Source: Heterodontus francisci (taxonomy: Eukaryota). From it: a stretch of 64,000 bases of DNA. The notes beneath the pieces are model-generated. The model was not told where the DNA came from and searched no databases. It was given only the letters and a program-made list of their open reading frames with translations. This document shows positions 49,736 through 62,254 of this stretch, in pieces (within the stretch, counting starts at the first letter, position 1; each line of letters starts with the position of its first letter). The stretch is taken from contig NC_090408.1 of NCBI RefSeq assembly GCF_036365525.1, positions 30,310,269-30,374,268 on the forward strand, given 5' to 3'. The translations under genes were made by a program, and so were the position numbers.

Positions 49736-51152
49736 TCTGACTACCAGATGAGCACCAGATGAGGCGGCCAACATCCCCAGCTTGTACACACTACTGAGTC
49801 AGCGGCGCTTGAGATGGCTTGGCCATGTGAGCCGCATGGAAGATGGCAGGATCCCCAAAGACACATTGTATAGCGAGCTCGCCACTGGTATCAGACCTAT
49901 CGGCCGTCCACGTCTCCGCTTTAAAGACGTCTGCAAACGCGACATGAAATCCTGTGACATTGATCACAAGTCGTGGGAGTCAGTTGCCAGCGTTCGCCAG
50001 AGCTGGCGGGCAGCCATAAAGACAGGGCTAAAATGTGGCGAGTCGAAGAGACTTAGTAGTTGGCAGGAAAAAAGACAGAAGCGCAAGGGGAGAGCCAACT
50101 GTGCAACAGCCCCGACAAACAAATTTCTCTGCAGCACCTGTAGAAGAGCCTGTTACTCTAGAATTGGCCTTTATAGCCACTCCAGGCGCTGCTTCACAAA
50201 CCACTGACCACCTCCAGGCGCGTATCCATTGTCTCTCGAGATAAGGAGGCCCAAAAGAAAAAAAAAGAAAGATGAGCACTGTGTCTTGGGGTTTCTTACT
50301 GTCTTCACCTGGTCTTATTGTAACAGAGTTTAGTTTTAAACACACTGTATTTTGAGCTCCCCCTTTGTGAGTCCTTGTTAACAACTTTCCAATTATAAGG
50401 CAAAGAAACTGAGCACAAACAGCTTTCTTTGGTTTAAAGCAGAAAGATGAAATTTATTAAACCTTAAACTTAAACTCTAATACGTTTCACGCTTACGGAT
50501 ATACAACACGCAGATGTTAGCATGCACACACAATATAAATATGCAAAAATAGGGCCAGAAAAAAGCAGAAGAAAAGATAAGTAGAACAGTTTGAGGCAAT
50601 ATCTTGTTACTGTTTCTCAAGCTTGCTGTAGTCCTTAATTGAAGATATGGTCTTGCGTTTCCTTGGGGCCCAGTATTAGTCTTAAACCTTGTTCATGTAG
50701 GAAACCTTTGCTCTCTCAGAATTTACGTGTCTTCAATGGTTTCAGTTCCTTGATAGATGAGCAGGCAGACAGACAGGCAGGAGAGGAGATGTTCTCCGTC
50801 CATGAGCCCATGGCATTCTCTGACTCAATTCCCTTTGTTGGAAGTTCAAATTCAAAGAAAACTCCCAAGGTGCCCAGCAGGTTGGTCATGTGACTAGCTC
50901 CTTATATGGAACAGTCTCTTCACATCCTTTGTTGGAGGTTCAAATTTCTCTGCAACAGCCAGTTAGTCATGTGACTAAAACTGGTCTGACCATTTCTGTG
51001 TATTGGGGAAGCAACTGCTGGATCCCCATTGTTTCAACATTGTCTGTTGCCGTGGACATGTCTTTCCGGTCAGGGCTTGCAATTTTAAGTTTTAATGTTC
51101 ATGTCGTGAAATAATGTGTGCCTCAGTATTGGCAGGTGGGGTTTGCCTGACA
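49736..51152 (-). mobile_element. Solo LTR (probably Gypsy-type) carrying an RTE insertion
   Basis: Interrupts the L2. Minus strand starts TGTCAGGC. AATAAA on the minus strand near 50453-50458. Other terminus degenerate; TSD not seen. Confidence 0.7.
49756..50269 (+). mobile_element. RTE-clade LINE 3' fragment
   Basis: QRRLRWLGHVSRMEDGRIPK...CSTCRRACYSRIGLYSH, with exact 10-bp TSD AGATGAGCAC (49746-49755, 50270-50279). Confidence 0.96.
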
Positions 51153-51869
51153 GCCAGCTTTCTCCATTTCCTTAGATCCTCCACCATCCATATCTCCCTA
51201 CAACCTTCCAAACCCACTTCCTCCTGCGCCTCTACTTGGAAAAATTCTCCCCCAAGCCACTTACAACTGCACTATCACATTGCCAACGGAGTAGTCTTTG
51301 ACTTTCCATTCACCAGAATACTCCTGCTACTGTCGATCTACTGAACAACTCCCTCACTTCCACCTTTGATTGGCTTGGGGTCAATAAGACCTTTACTCAC
51401 CCCCATCCTGATCATTCTCCCTGGTATGGCCCCAGTGTTGCTCCCTCAAGTCCAATAGGTGCAGACTTGATCGTACCTAGTGCATAACTGGTTTAGTCAT
51501 CCATCTACAGATCTGGCTGGACCACATTAAGCACTTTTGGGCTCCCCCTCCTCTGCCAACACCCCTCACTATTCTATGATCATCCTGGTGAGCAGAAGAT
51601 AACTCTCAGATTCTTTTGTCTGCACCTAAGCCTCCCGTTAAAGCTTTCATCTTTTCCCCTTCCATCCTCACTTTCAACAACAAGTGCAAGGAGCTTATGG
51701 ACTTATTTGCCACTAAGATTAAGGCTGTGCATTCAGCTACCTTTTCCCAGGCTCTCCCTGCCCTAGCACTGTACCCACATCTTTCTCTAGTTTCTCTCGA
51801 TCTCTTCTCATGTCCTCTTTGAGCTCAACTTGTGCTCCTGCTCCCTTAACCCACTATTCAACTTCCCTT

Positions 51870-52750
51870 TGTCATGGTCCAGTAGTTTTTTTTTCGGAAT
51901 ATGCGGTTTGCCTTTAAGGCTTGCAAGGGATCAATGTTGCTCTTGCTCTAAGAGCCGGCAAGCCTTAGGAGTTATAGGAAGGTGCATTTTCGTTGCCTTA
52001 GAGACAGCCATTTGGAGACTGTGATTCAAAGGATGCATTCTCAATACCATGCAAACAGCCACTGGGAGTGAGCCTGATGCGATACATTTGTTACAATTCA
52101 GTTTGAACTGGCAGTTAGGAAGACAGTTTGTCCTAACAGAACACACAGACACAGAAGACACAGACAGCTGTGGTGTCAGCACTGAAAAAGAGCTCTCAAC
52201 CATTTAAACTGAAGGAAGTAGGATTTTTGTCTATTTAATTATTATCTCTCGAAATTCTAAAAAAATCAAGCAAAGACAGAGATCTCTGGTAATTTAAATT
52301 GAAGAAAGGGAAGTTAGACTGTGGCAATCTTTTATCCCTTAAAAAACTCTAAAGTCATATTTTTCCATTGAAAGTGTTTGCAAGTTGTTAATTGTTGAAA
52401 TTCGCTGGAGAAGGACAGCAACATTCTGCGGGGACTTCGAACGATATTAGACTGTTAATTTGCAAGGACTCTAATTTTTTTCTATTTTTAAATGTTCATA
52501 GTGTTTAAGAATTTAGTTCTTCTAATTAAAGAGTTAATTTGTTGATTTAAAGACACCTGGTTTGGTTAGCCTCATTCGGGGGTTAATAGATGGTACAATT
52601 TGGTGGGTCTTTCTTTAATTTGGAAAATTTTTAAATGATATGTTAGCCAATCTGTGGAGGGCGGGATTGAATTAACAGTGCGTTTCTCCCACCCAATCAG
52701 AATCATATATTTTGACTGGGGGCTTTGGACAGGAGCGGTCGGTCGTAACA
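51870..52750 (+). mobile_element. Solo LTR (881 bp, Gypsy-like 4-bp TSD)
   Basis: TGTCATG...CGTAACA termini and exact TSD CCTT (51866-51869, 52751-52754). The L2 is collinear across it. Confidence 0.9.
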
Positions 52751-53727
52751 CCTTCCTGACGCCCATGCCAGCTGATGTTGCAAATGGTTCCTTCCCACAG
52801 GCACTATTTCCCCTCCCTCTTTCAAAACTGCTATTGTCACCACTCACATCAACAAAGCACTGTCACCGCCTCTATCCTTGAAAACTGCTGCCCCATCTCC
52901 AAACTTCCTTTTCTCTCCAAAATCCACAAGCATGTTGTCACCTCATAAATCCATGTCCACCTTTTCCGCAACTCTAAGTTTGAATGTCACCAATCAGGTT
53001 TCCACACCTACCATAGTACTGAAATGACCCTAATCAAAATCACAAATGACATCCTCTGTGACTGTGACCATGGGGTGATTTCCCTCCTCGACCTGTCTGC
53101 GGCCTATGGCATGTTGACCACAACATTCTCCTCCGATGGCTCTCATCCATTGTCCAGCTCAGTAGGACTGCCTTCAATTGGCTACACTTTTACCTATCCA
53201 ATAGTAGTCAGAGTATCTCCAGCAATGGCTACTCTCACCACCTCACATTTTACCTCTGGAGTCCACAACGATTTGTCCTTGGCAACCCCTCATCCTCATC
53301 AATGTTCTGCCCGTCGGTGATATCCAAAGACCTGAGGTCAGCTTCCACATATATGCTGATGACACCCAGTGCTACCTTTCCATCACCCTCTCTGGACCCT
53401 TCCACTGCTTCTGTGCTGTCTGGCTGTTTGCCTGGTATTTACTCCAGTTGAGCTTTGAGAATACAGAAACCACCATCTTTGGCATCCACCATAAACTTTG
53501 TACCCTTGTCATTAATTCCCAGCCACTGTCTTAGGTCTACAGCCTTGCAATCCTACTTGACCCCATGCTGAGCTTCCAACCCCATATATTCTCTATCACA
53601 AAAAGCAATCTATTTCTATTCCATATTATTGCCTGTCTCTGCCCTTGTCTCAGCCCATCTGCTACTCTAATCCATGCCTTAGTCACTTCCAGACTTTAGT
53701 ATTCAAATGCTCACCTGCTCGGCCTCC

Positions 53728-54110
53728 CAGTGGCACAGTGGCGCAGTGGTTAGCACCGCAGCCTAACAGCTCCAGCGACCCGGGTTCAATTCTGGGTGCT
53801 GCCTGTGTGGAGTTTGCAAGTTCTCCCTGTGTCTGCGTGGGTTTCCTCCGGGTGCTCCGGTTTCCTCCCACATGCCAAAAGACTTGCAGGTTGATAGGTA
53901 AATTGGCCATTAGCAATTGCCCCTAGTATAGGTAGGTGGTAGGGAAATATAGGGACAGGTGGGGATGTGGTAGGAATATGGAATTAGTGTAGTAGGATTA
54001 GTATAAATGGGTGGTTGATGGTCGGCACAGACTCGGTGGGCCGAAGGGCCTGTTTCAGTGCTGTATCTCTAAAACTAAAACTAAAAACTAAAAAAACTAA
54101 AACTAAAACT
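53728..54110 (+). mobile_element. HE1-type V-SINE
   Basis: A box TGGCGCAGTGG, B box GGTTCAATTC, V domain and a (CTAAAA)n tail. Confidence 0.95.
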
Positions 54111-54217
54111 CTATGCTCTGTAAACTCCAACTCATCTAAACCTCTGCTGCCTGCATCCTGTCCCATACCAAGTCCTGCTAGACAACCATCCCTGTCCTTA
54201 CTGACATTGGCTCCCCG

Positions 54218-57200
54218 TGTTATGGACAGATGGTAAGGGATCTGGGTGGTTCCCACTGTTCACCTCCCAACTGACCACAATCGTGTTTTGTTTAAAATGA
54301 TTAGCCCGTTAGTGTTTAATATTTTCATCACCAAATAAACAGACAGTGACATGTTTTCTTGTATGTTTAAAATTATTAACTATTTATAGAGTCAGAGAGT
54401 TATACAGCACAGAAACAGGCCCTTTGGCCCATCGTGTTCGTGCCGCTATCAAGCATCTATCATCTATCTATTCTAATCCCATTTTCCAGCACTTGGCCCA
54501 TGGCCTTGTATGCTATGGCGTTTCAAGTGCTCATCTAAATACTTCTTAAATGTTGTGAGGGTTCCTGCCTTTACCACCCCTTCAGGCAGTGTGTTCCAGA
54601 TTCCAACGAGGTCTGGGTGAAAAAATAATTCCTCAAATCCCCTCTAAACCTCCTGCCCCTTACCTTAAATCAATGCCTCCTGGTTATTGACACTTCCGCT
54701 AAGGGAAAAAAGTTTCTTCCTGTCCTACCCTACCCTATCTATGCCCCTCATAATTTTGGATGCCTCAATCAGGTCCTCCCTTAGCCTTCTCTGCTCTAAG
54801 GAAAGCAACCCTAGCCTATCCAGTCTCTCTTCATAGCTGAAATGCTCCAGCCCAGGCAACATCCTGGTGAATCTCCTCTGCACCCTCTCCAGTGCAATCA
54901 CATCCTTCCCAAAGTGCAGTGACCAGAACTGTACACAGTACTCCAGCTGTGGCCTAACTAGCGTTTTATACAGCTCCATCATAACCTCCCTGCTCTTATA
55001 TTCTATGCCTCGGCTAATAAAGGCAAGTATCCCATATGCCTTCCTAACCACCTTATCTACCTGTGCTGCTGCCTTCAATGATCTATGGACAAGTACACCA
55101 AGGTCCCTCTGACCCCTTGTATTTCCTAGGATCCTACCATCCGTTGTATATTCCCTTGCCTTGTTAGTCCTCCCAAAATGCATCAGATCACACTTTTCAG
55201 GATTAAATTCCATTTGCCACTGCTCTGCCCATCTTCCCAGCCCATTTGCATTGTCCTGTAATCTAAGGCTTTCCTCCTCACTATTTACGACACCAACAAT
55301 TTTCATGTCATCTGTGAACTTACTGATCATACCTCCTATATTCACGTCTAAATCATTAATGTACACTACAAACAGTAAGGGTCCCAGCACCGATCCCTGC
55401 GGTACACCATTGGTCACAGGCTTCCAATCACAAAATCAACCCTTGACCATTACCCTCTGCCTCCTGCCACTAAGCCAACATTGGATCCAATTTGCCAAAT
55501 TGCCCTGGATCCCATGGGCTCTTACCTTCTTGATCAATCTCCCATGCGGGACCTTATCAAAAGCCTTGTCCATGTAGACTACATCAACTGCTTTACCCTC
55601 ATCTACACACCTAGTCACCTCGTCGAAAAATTCAATCAAGTTAGTTGGACACGATCTCCCCCTGACAAAGCCATGCTGATTATCCTTGATTAATCCTTAC
55701 ATCTCCAAGTGGACATTAATCCCGTCCCTCAGAATTTTTTCCAATAGTTTCCCGACCATTGATGTTAGACTCGCTGGCCTGTAATTATCTGGTTTATCCC
55801 AACTACCCTTCTTGAATAATGGTACCACATCCAGTCCTCTCCTGTGGCCAGAGAGGATTTGAAAATTTGTGTCAGAGCCCCTGCAATCTCCTCACATAGC
55901 AGCCTGGGATACATCTCATCTGGGCCTGGGGATTTATCCACTTTTAAGCCTGCTAAAACCGATAATACCTCCTCCCTTTCAATGCTAATTTGTTCAAGTA
56001 GATCACAATCCCCCTCCCTGATCTCTACACCTACATCGTCCTTCTCCATAGTGAACACAGATGATAAATAATAATTTAAAACCTCATCTACATCCTCCGG
56101 CTCCACACAGATTGCAACTTTGGTCCCTAATGGGCCCTACTCCTTCCCTGGATATCCTCTCGCCCTTAATATACTCATAAAACGCCTTGGGATTTTCCTT
56201 TATCTTGCCCGCCAGTGTTTTTTCATGCCCTCTCTTAGCTCTCCTAATTACTTTTTCAAGTACCCCCCTACACTTTCTATACTCCTCTAGGGCCTCCGCT
56301 GTTTTCAGCCCTCCGAATTTGCCATAAGCCTCCTTTTTTTCTTTATCCAAACCTCTACATCCCTTGACATCCAGGGTTCCTTGGACTTGTTGGTCCTACC
56401 CTTCACCTTTAGGGGAACAGTTTGCCCTGAACTCTCACTATTTCCTTTTTGAGTGACTCCCACTGGTTTGATGTAGACTTTCCTACATGTAACTGCTCCC
56501 AGTCCACTTTGGCCAAATCCTGTTTTATCATATTGAAATCGCCTTCCCCTAATTCATTACCTTTATTTCCGGTCCATCTGTGTCCTTTTCCATAAGTACC
56601 TTAAATCTTACAGAGTTATAGTCACTATCCCCGAAATATTCCCCCACTTCTATCACTTGTCCGGCTTCATTCCCTAAGGTTAGGTCCAGTACCGCCCCTT
56701 CTCTTGTGGGACTTTCTACGTGCTGGTTCAAAAAGATTTCCTGGATGCACTTTTAAGAATTACGCCCCCTTTAAGCCCTTTGCACTAAGACTATCCCAGT
56801 TAATATTGGGGAAGTTGAAATCCCCTGCTATTATTACCCTATTATTTTTACACCTCTCTGAGATTTGCCTACATATTTGCTCCTCTATCTCTCCCTGACT
56901 GTTTGTACACTCCCAGCAAAGTGATTGCCCCTTTTTGTTTTTAAGTTCTACCCATATGGCCTCATTTGAGGAACCTTCTAAGATATCATCCCTCCTTACT
57001 GCAGTAATTGACTCCTTGATCAATAGTGCAATGCCACCTCCTCTTTTACACCACCCCACCCCCCACCATGTCACGCCCAAAGATTCGATACCCTGGAATA
57101 TTGAGCCACCAGTCCTGCCCTTCCCTTAACCATGTCTCTGTGATAACAATAATATCAGATTCCCATGTATTAATCAACACCCTCAATTCATCTGCCTTAC

Positions 57201-58148
57201 TTGTAAGACTGCTTGCGTTAAAATAGATGCAATCCAACCTTGCATTATTTGCTTGTGCCTTAACAGGTCTATATTTGCTCCACCTTCCAGACTGACTTAG
57301 TTTCTCATCTATATTTGGCTGTGCATCACCCCCTACTGTACATCCACTCTTATTCAACAATATTAATTCCCTGAAATGTTCACACCATCATGCACAGATT
57401 CACTCTCACATGCACTCAAGAAAAGATAGATAGAAGGAAAAGGGTAAAAGTTCACAGTGTGGTAGGTATTTGTGGTTTACGACAAACCTGTTGAATCTTC
57501 CACATAGGGCAGTCTCTTTTAAAGATGCAGTCCTGGGTGTTTGTAGTCTTTAACTTGTTGAGGTGTTGTAGATTTCTGGTGGTTAAGATTTCAGACTGGA
57601 GCTGGCGGTCATTTTCTGCTGCACCATATTGAAGTGTAGCATTAGCAGCAGGGCAGCTTCTTGTTTAGACTGAATCTTTCCACAGCCTCTGGACGGATGT
57701 TGCTGTGATCTCCCCCTCTCTCTCTGGAGGGTTACCTTTTAAGGTCATAATTCACCATATTAGCATTTCTGGTACCTGACACATGGCCTTCTCCCCTGGT
57801 GTGCCCATACAATGATTCAGGATGTGGAATCCATGGCAAACCATTAATGTCTGGATGAGTATCATTGTGTTATGATGTGTCTACTTCACACTTCCTTTGT
57901 CTCAGAAGAAATTCATTCAATTCAGGAATGCCTCTTGATGGTTTCAGGATGGGTATATTCGACATCTCTTAGTTTGGAATGTATCCTTTTGTCCTTTCGA
58001 GACAGAGAGACAATTTTTGAATATACGGGCCAGGCCATCTGACCTTAGTCCATCTTTTGCAGCACAATGTCCACTTTTTTAAAGGGAAAGTCAATTTCAA
58101 AGACTTCACATTGAATAAAGTTTGTATCTTAAAATGATATGTCTTTAC
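54218..58148 (-). mobile_element. Solo LTR split by a 3-kb CR1 (pieces 54218-54387 and 57350-58148)
   Basis: Begins TGTTATGGAC exactly where the L2 breaks, and the L2 resumes at ~58150. Right end degenerate. Confidence 0.7.
54388..57349 (-). mobile_element. CR1 LINE with nearly complete but disabled ORF2 (APE endonuclease plus RT)
   Basis: CIYFNASSL, IVITETWL, GGGIALLIKE, AGDFNFPNINW, PTREGAVLDL, KSPGPDEMYPR, PQGSVLGPLLF, KFTDD. TSD TTAT (54384-54387, 57350-57353). Confidence 0.97.
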
Positions 58149-59730
58149 TGGGCCAGTGTTTCAAGTTAAAAATTCTCATCCCAGTGTCCAAATCCCTTCA
58201 CGGCCTTGTTCCTGCTTATTTCTGTATCCTCTCGCACTATAACCAACCCCAGAACTCGTCATTCCTCTGACGGTGGTCTCCTCTATGTTAAACCTGCGTT
58301 CATCCCACCAATTGCAGCCAAGCCTTTAGCCATCCATGTTCCATGCGCTTGAATTCCCTCCTATAACCCATTACCTTTCCACCTCCATCCGCTCTTTTAA
58401 GACCTTCTTCAAAGCCCACTTCTTTGAGTAAGCTTTCAATCATACCTCCTAAATTCTTCTAAATCTTGTTATCCATTTTTGTCTGATTATACCTCTGTGA
58501 AGCACCTTGGGAAATTTTCCTATGTTGAAGACACTATATAAATGCAAGGTATTGTTGAATCCACAAAAAACATAATGTCCTAATTAAATGTGCGAAATGA
58601 ACCTTGGCATAACAATCTTCCATGCATTATTTAACAAAGGAATGACTTTCTATTACGCTGTGTTCAGGTTTTGTCAAAATTGGCATTCAACATTGAGTAA
58701 TAAATTTAAGCTTTGAATTTATCATTTGTTTAAAGGTAAATTTTTGTGGGGTTTGAGTCACGAAGGAACAAACAGGAGTTCACATGACACGTAGAACAGC
58801 TTACATTGATCACAATAACAATAACTACATCAAAGTACATGTGTTTGTCCTATAACAATAACTATTTATGTCGCAGTAGTATTCTGGCAAGTTGGAGGTT
58901 AACAAAAGCACCAGACAATCATAGCTAGAAGACAGAAGTTATGTAAAATTCCAGAATCTATCTGTGAGTAGGCAGGGATATCTAAGAGAACACTAGAGTT
59001 CTGCTGCTACGCATCTGTTCTCTGTTCAAGAGTAATGTTGTTTAATGCTATTTCTGGGACTGTGCCTAAATTCATTGTGCAAGGAAAAAGATGCGCTAAA
59101 GGGCAAGGTTTTAAAATAAGATAGAAACAGCAGCAGCTTCTACACAGCTCCTATTCAATTGCATCCTGCATAAAATACATCAATTCAAACAATAGACTGG
59201 TACCTGAGCATTGCTGTATTCTGGGACCTGAGTCTTGGTGCATTCTGGCTTTTGCAGAATGCTTTACTAGATAATATTTTCATGGAGTGACCAGGCTAAT
59301 GGTTCTTAATCCAAGTCAGCTTCCCAATGACACTGAAAATTCTATTGAGACGAACCATTTATTAATTCAACAATTTTAAATCGTGTAGTAGAAAGCAGCC
59401 TAATGGTGTAGAGTATTGGTGTACCACTTAAGTTGTCAATTGTTGGTTACACTCTTGTGTGCCAAAATAAAAACGTAACATGTCAGAAGTACAAAACAGG
59501 TCTGTCAAAATTTGTAAAGAGAAGACAGGTCAATGTTTTGGATGTTGAGATGAGTTTCGTATCTGAGTAGAGCCACTAGGCAGCCAAGATGAGGCTCTAC
59601 ACCACAAAACAGAAGGAAAATCAGCACGCATTAACCCATGTCCTAAAAATTGGGACAAGGAGATATATCAAGATGTCTAGATCAAGCCATCGGTTTACCT
59701 TCAAGCATGAGATTTGTGAATGGTAGATTT

Positions 59731-60077
59731 AGAAACATAGGAACAGGAGGAGACCATTTAGCTCCTTAAGCCTGTTCCGCCATTCAATGGGATCATGGCT
59801 GATCTGCAGCCGAACTCTATATACCCACCTTTGCCCCATATCCATTAATACCTTTGATTAACAAAAGTCTATCAATCTCACTTTTAAAGTTAACAACTGA
59901 TTTAGCATCGTTTGCAGGAGAGAGTTCCCAACTTCTACCATCCTTTGCAAGAATTGCTTCACAATTTCACGCCTGAAAGGTTCGGCTCTAATTTTTAGAC
60001 TATGCCCCCTAGTCCTAAACTCCTCAACTAGCGGAAATAATTTCTCCCAAACTACACTATCTGTTCCCCTTATATAA
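59731..60077 (-). mobile_element. CR1 3' fragment (subfamily like 2908-3288)
   Basis: AGAAACATAGGAACAGGAG..CCTGTTCCGCCATTCAAT..GATCATGGCTGATCTG. Confidence 0.9.
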
Positions 60078-61069
60078 TGATGGATATTTTCAGCAATGCA
60101 CAGATGAAATCAATCTACAAGGTTTTGGGCAATTTCATAGATACTGAAGACCTTCCTGGACTAGCATGGATCAGACACATTTACCACTCGAGCACCAGAA
60201 ATCTAATGGATGAACTAAGACCACAAGGTCACATGTACATGCCTCTCTTGAACTCACCCTTAAATCTCCCACCCCCACAATGGAACAGAAACCAGTAATT
60301 AAAAAATAAAATACGGCTGCTGTTTTGATTGTGCATCCATCCACAAATGGTGATGGAGGAAAGGTTTTGCTTCAATGTGCAAGACACCGGTGCACATTTT
60401 GATGAGAGATTTTGTCACCCTGGACTGAAGTGTCTGTCATTTATCACTTCAAGATCGAATGAAGTTCAGTTCCTATCTCCAGTGAGGAGAAAGAGAGAGA
60501 GAAAAAAAAAACATAGGATGGGATTAAGGGAGAAAGAAATCATGTATTTTAAAAACAATGCAATGTATCGGGAAAACTTATATTTCTACAGTACCTTAAT
60601 GCATCCCATAAACATCTCAAAACTCGTTTACAGACAATAAATTATTTCTCTCATGAAATGCCCGTAAAAATATGACAAAAATTATGGCTGAATGAAGCTC
60701 AGGTTGAACACAGGTGATGACTTCCTTCAATTTGTTTACTTTTTTTATTTTTTGGTGAATTTTTTTGTGTTCATCGAGGTGACAGATATTAGTGTTGAGG
60801 AATTGAATTGTCAGCATCAAGTGTTCCTTGGGCAGCTGTAGCACACCATAATAAAACTTTGTTCCAATAACATGTCTTCGCTCAAACCTGACAAGACAGT
60901 CTTCCTGCCACACCTACTTTAACATTTCCATTCCCACATTAGTCAGTCCTTTTTTTAAATTTTTGTGGCCTCTCTCAGTGCAAATTACTGATCTAGTAGC
61001 AATATGTGCTGACTTAGGAGGAGATTTATGTTCTTATCAAAAATAGTAGTGTTGTTAAGGTTAGTTTGG

Positions 61070-61575
61070 ATTAAGAAAGCACTTCTGTCCATTTGATCTC
61101 ATCCTAAATAGTCAAATGTACTGTTCTAGAACAGTTTTTTTAGTTAAGTCCAAATTTGACCTTCACAACTCTAAAGCTCTTGTCCTGCTGCCCTGACATA
61201 TTTGAAAGTGTTGTTTGCTCTCTCTTTCAATCAGACACCTTATTTACCACTCTAATGTCCCTGCTAATATATCTCTGTTTTTGAGACTGAAGAGTCCTAA
61301 GTAATCAAGCCACTTCTTGTGGATCTTCCTTCTGACTCCAAGGATCAACCTTGTTCCTTTCTGCATTGCCCTGGATGGTATCCTTATGGTCTGCTGACTA
61401 TAACCATATAGAATACTCCAGAGATGGCCTAATCAGAACATTGCACAGTTTCATTTAGGTATTTAAACTCGACTAGTTTGACAAAATAATCCAGCATCCT
61501 ATTTGCTCTGTTTATTGCCACTTTTCACTGTTTGGACATGCTAAAAGGCAAGTCAATGAACACTACTTGCTCTAC
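61070..61575 (-). mobile_element. Ancient CR1 3' fragment
   Basis: GAATACTCCAGAGATGGCCTAATCAG (reverse of LIRPSLEYS), CCAGCATCCTATTTGC and AGACTGAAGAGTCC. Confidence 0.7.
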
Positions 61576-61640
61576 TTCAGTTTCTCAATGGGAAGTTCTA
61601 ATTCACCCATGCAGTACTCCATTTTCACATTAATAAGCCA

Positions 61641-61880
61641 AGGGCAAGAGAAGCAGGTGCATAGGAACGCCACCACCTGCAAGTTACCCTCCAAGTCACA
61701 GACCATCTCTGTCACTGGGTCAAAATCCCAGACCTCCCTCCCTTATAGCTCAGTGGGTGTACCTACACCACATAGACTGCAGCGTTTCAAGAAGGCGACC
61801 CACCACCACCTTCAGAAGGGCAATCAGGAGCGAATAAAAAGAACTTGCAGATCAAACCTCATTAGCCACTGTAAAAAAAA
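61641..61880 (+). mobile_element. LINE family B 3' fragment
   Basis: VGVPTPHRLQRFKKATHHHL peptide. Confidence 0.88.
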
Positions 61881-62254
61881 GTTTTGATTTCTTTGTAAGA
61901 TCTTGACTGCTGCCTGAGTCTCCGTTTTAACTGCCTAGACTGAAATTCCAAGTCATTACCATTATTTTCCTGCTGTGCCCAATGTTTGGTTAATTTGGTC
62001 TTTGCTGGTCAACAAATCACTTTTTTCAGATGACTAATTATTTAAAGTCAATTTAACAAAAACAAAAACAGCTACTTTAAATGCTCCTTCTAGAGGTGCT
62101 TACTATGCAGTATTGGTAATTGTGTCGACACATTCATATGAAATGCGTTTGACTGCGATGTTATTGGGGGTGTTAATACTGTTTTATTTAAATAATTAAT
62201 GGCTTTTTAACAGTAACACAGGCCATTACACTTTAATGTGTTTCCATTCCTGGT

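Larger units (their letters stand above)
49470..58557 (+). mobile_element. Long L2 LINE remnant in five pieces (49470-49735, 51153-51869, 52751-53727, 54111-54217, 58150-58557)
   Basis: Collinear endonuclease remnant (LLILSDSNLHL), RT (PISKLPFLSK, QSGF, TLIKITNDIL, LLDLSAA, YADDTQ) and tail CTATATAAATGCAAG.TATTGTTG. Confidence 0.88.

Noticed and set aside
53728-53800. tRNA-like A and B boxes (also at 17228, 23720, 31998)
   Set aside because: SINE heads followed by the V domain and LINE tail; not tRNA genes.
58745-59013. Possible short solo LTR (TG...CA)
   Set aside because: No matching TSD or clear poly(A) signal; resemblance is only impressionistic.
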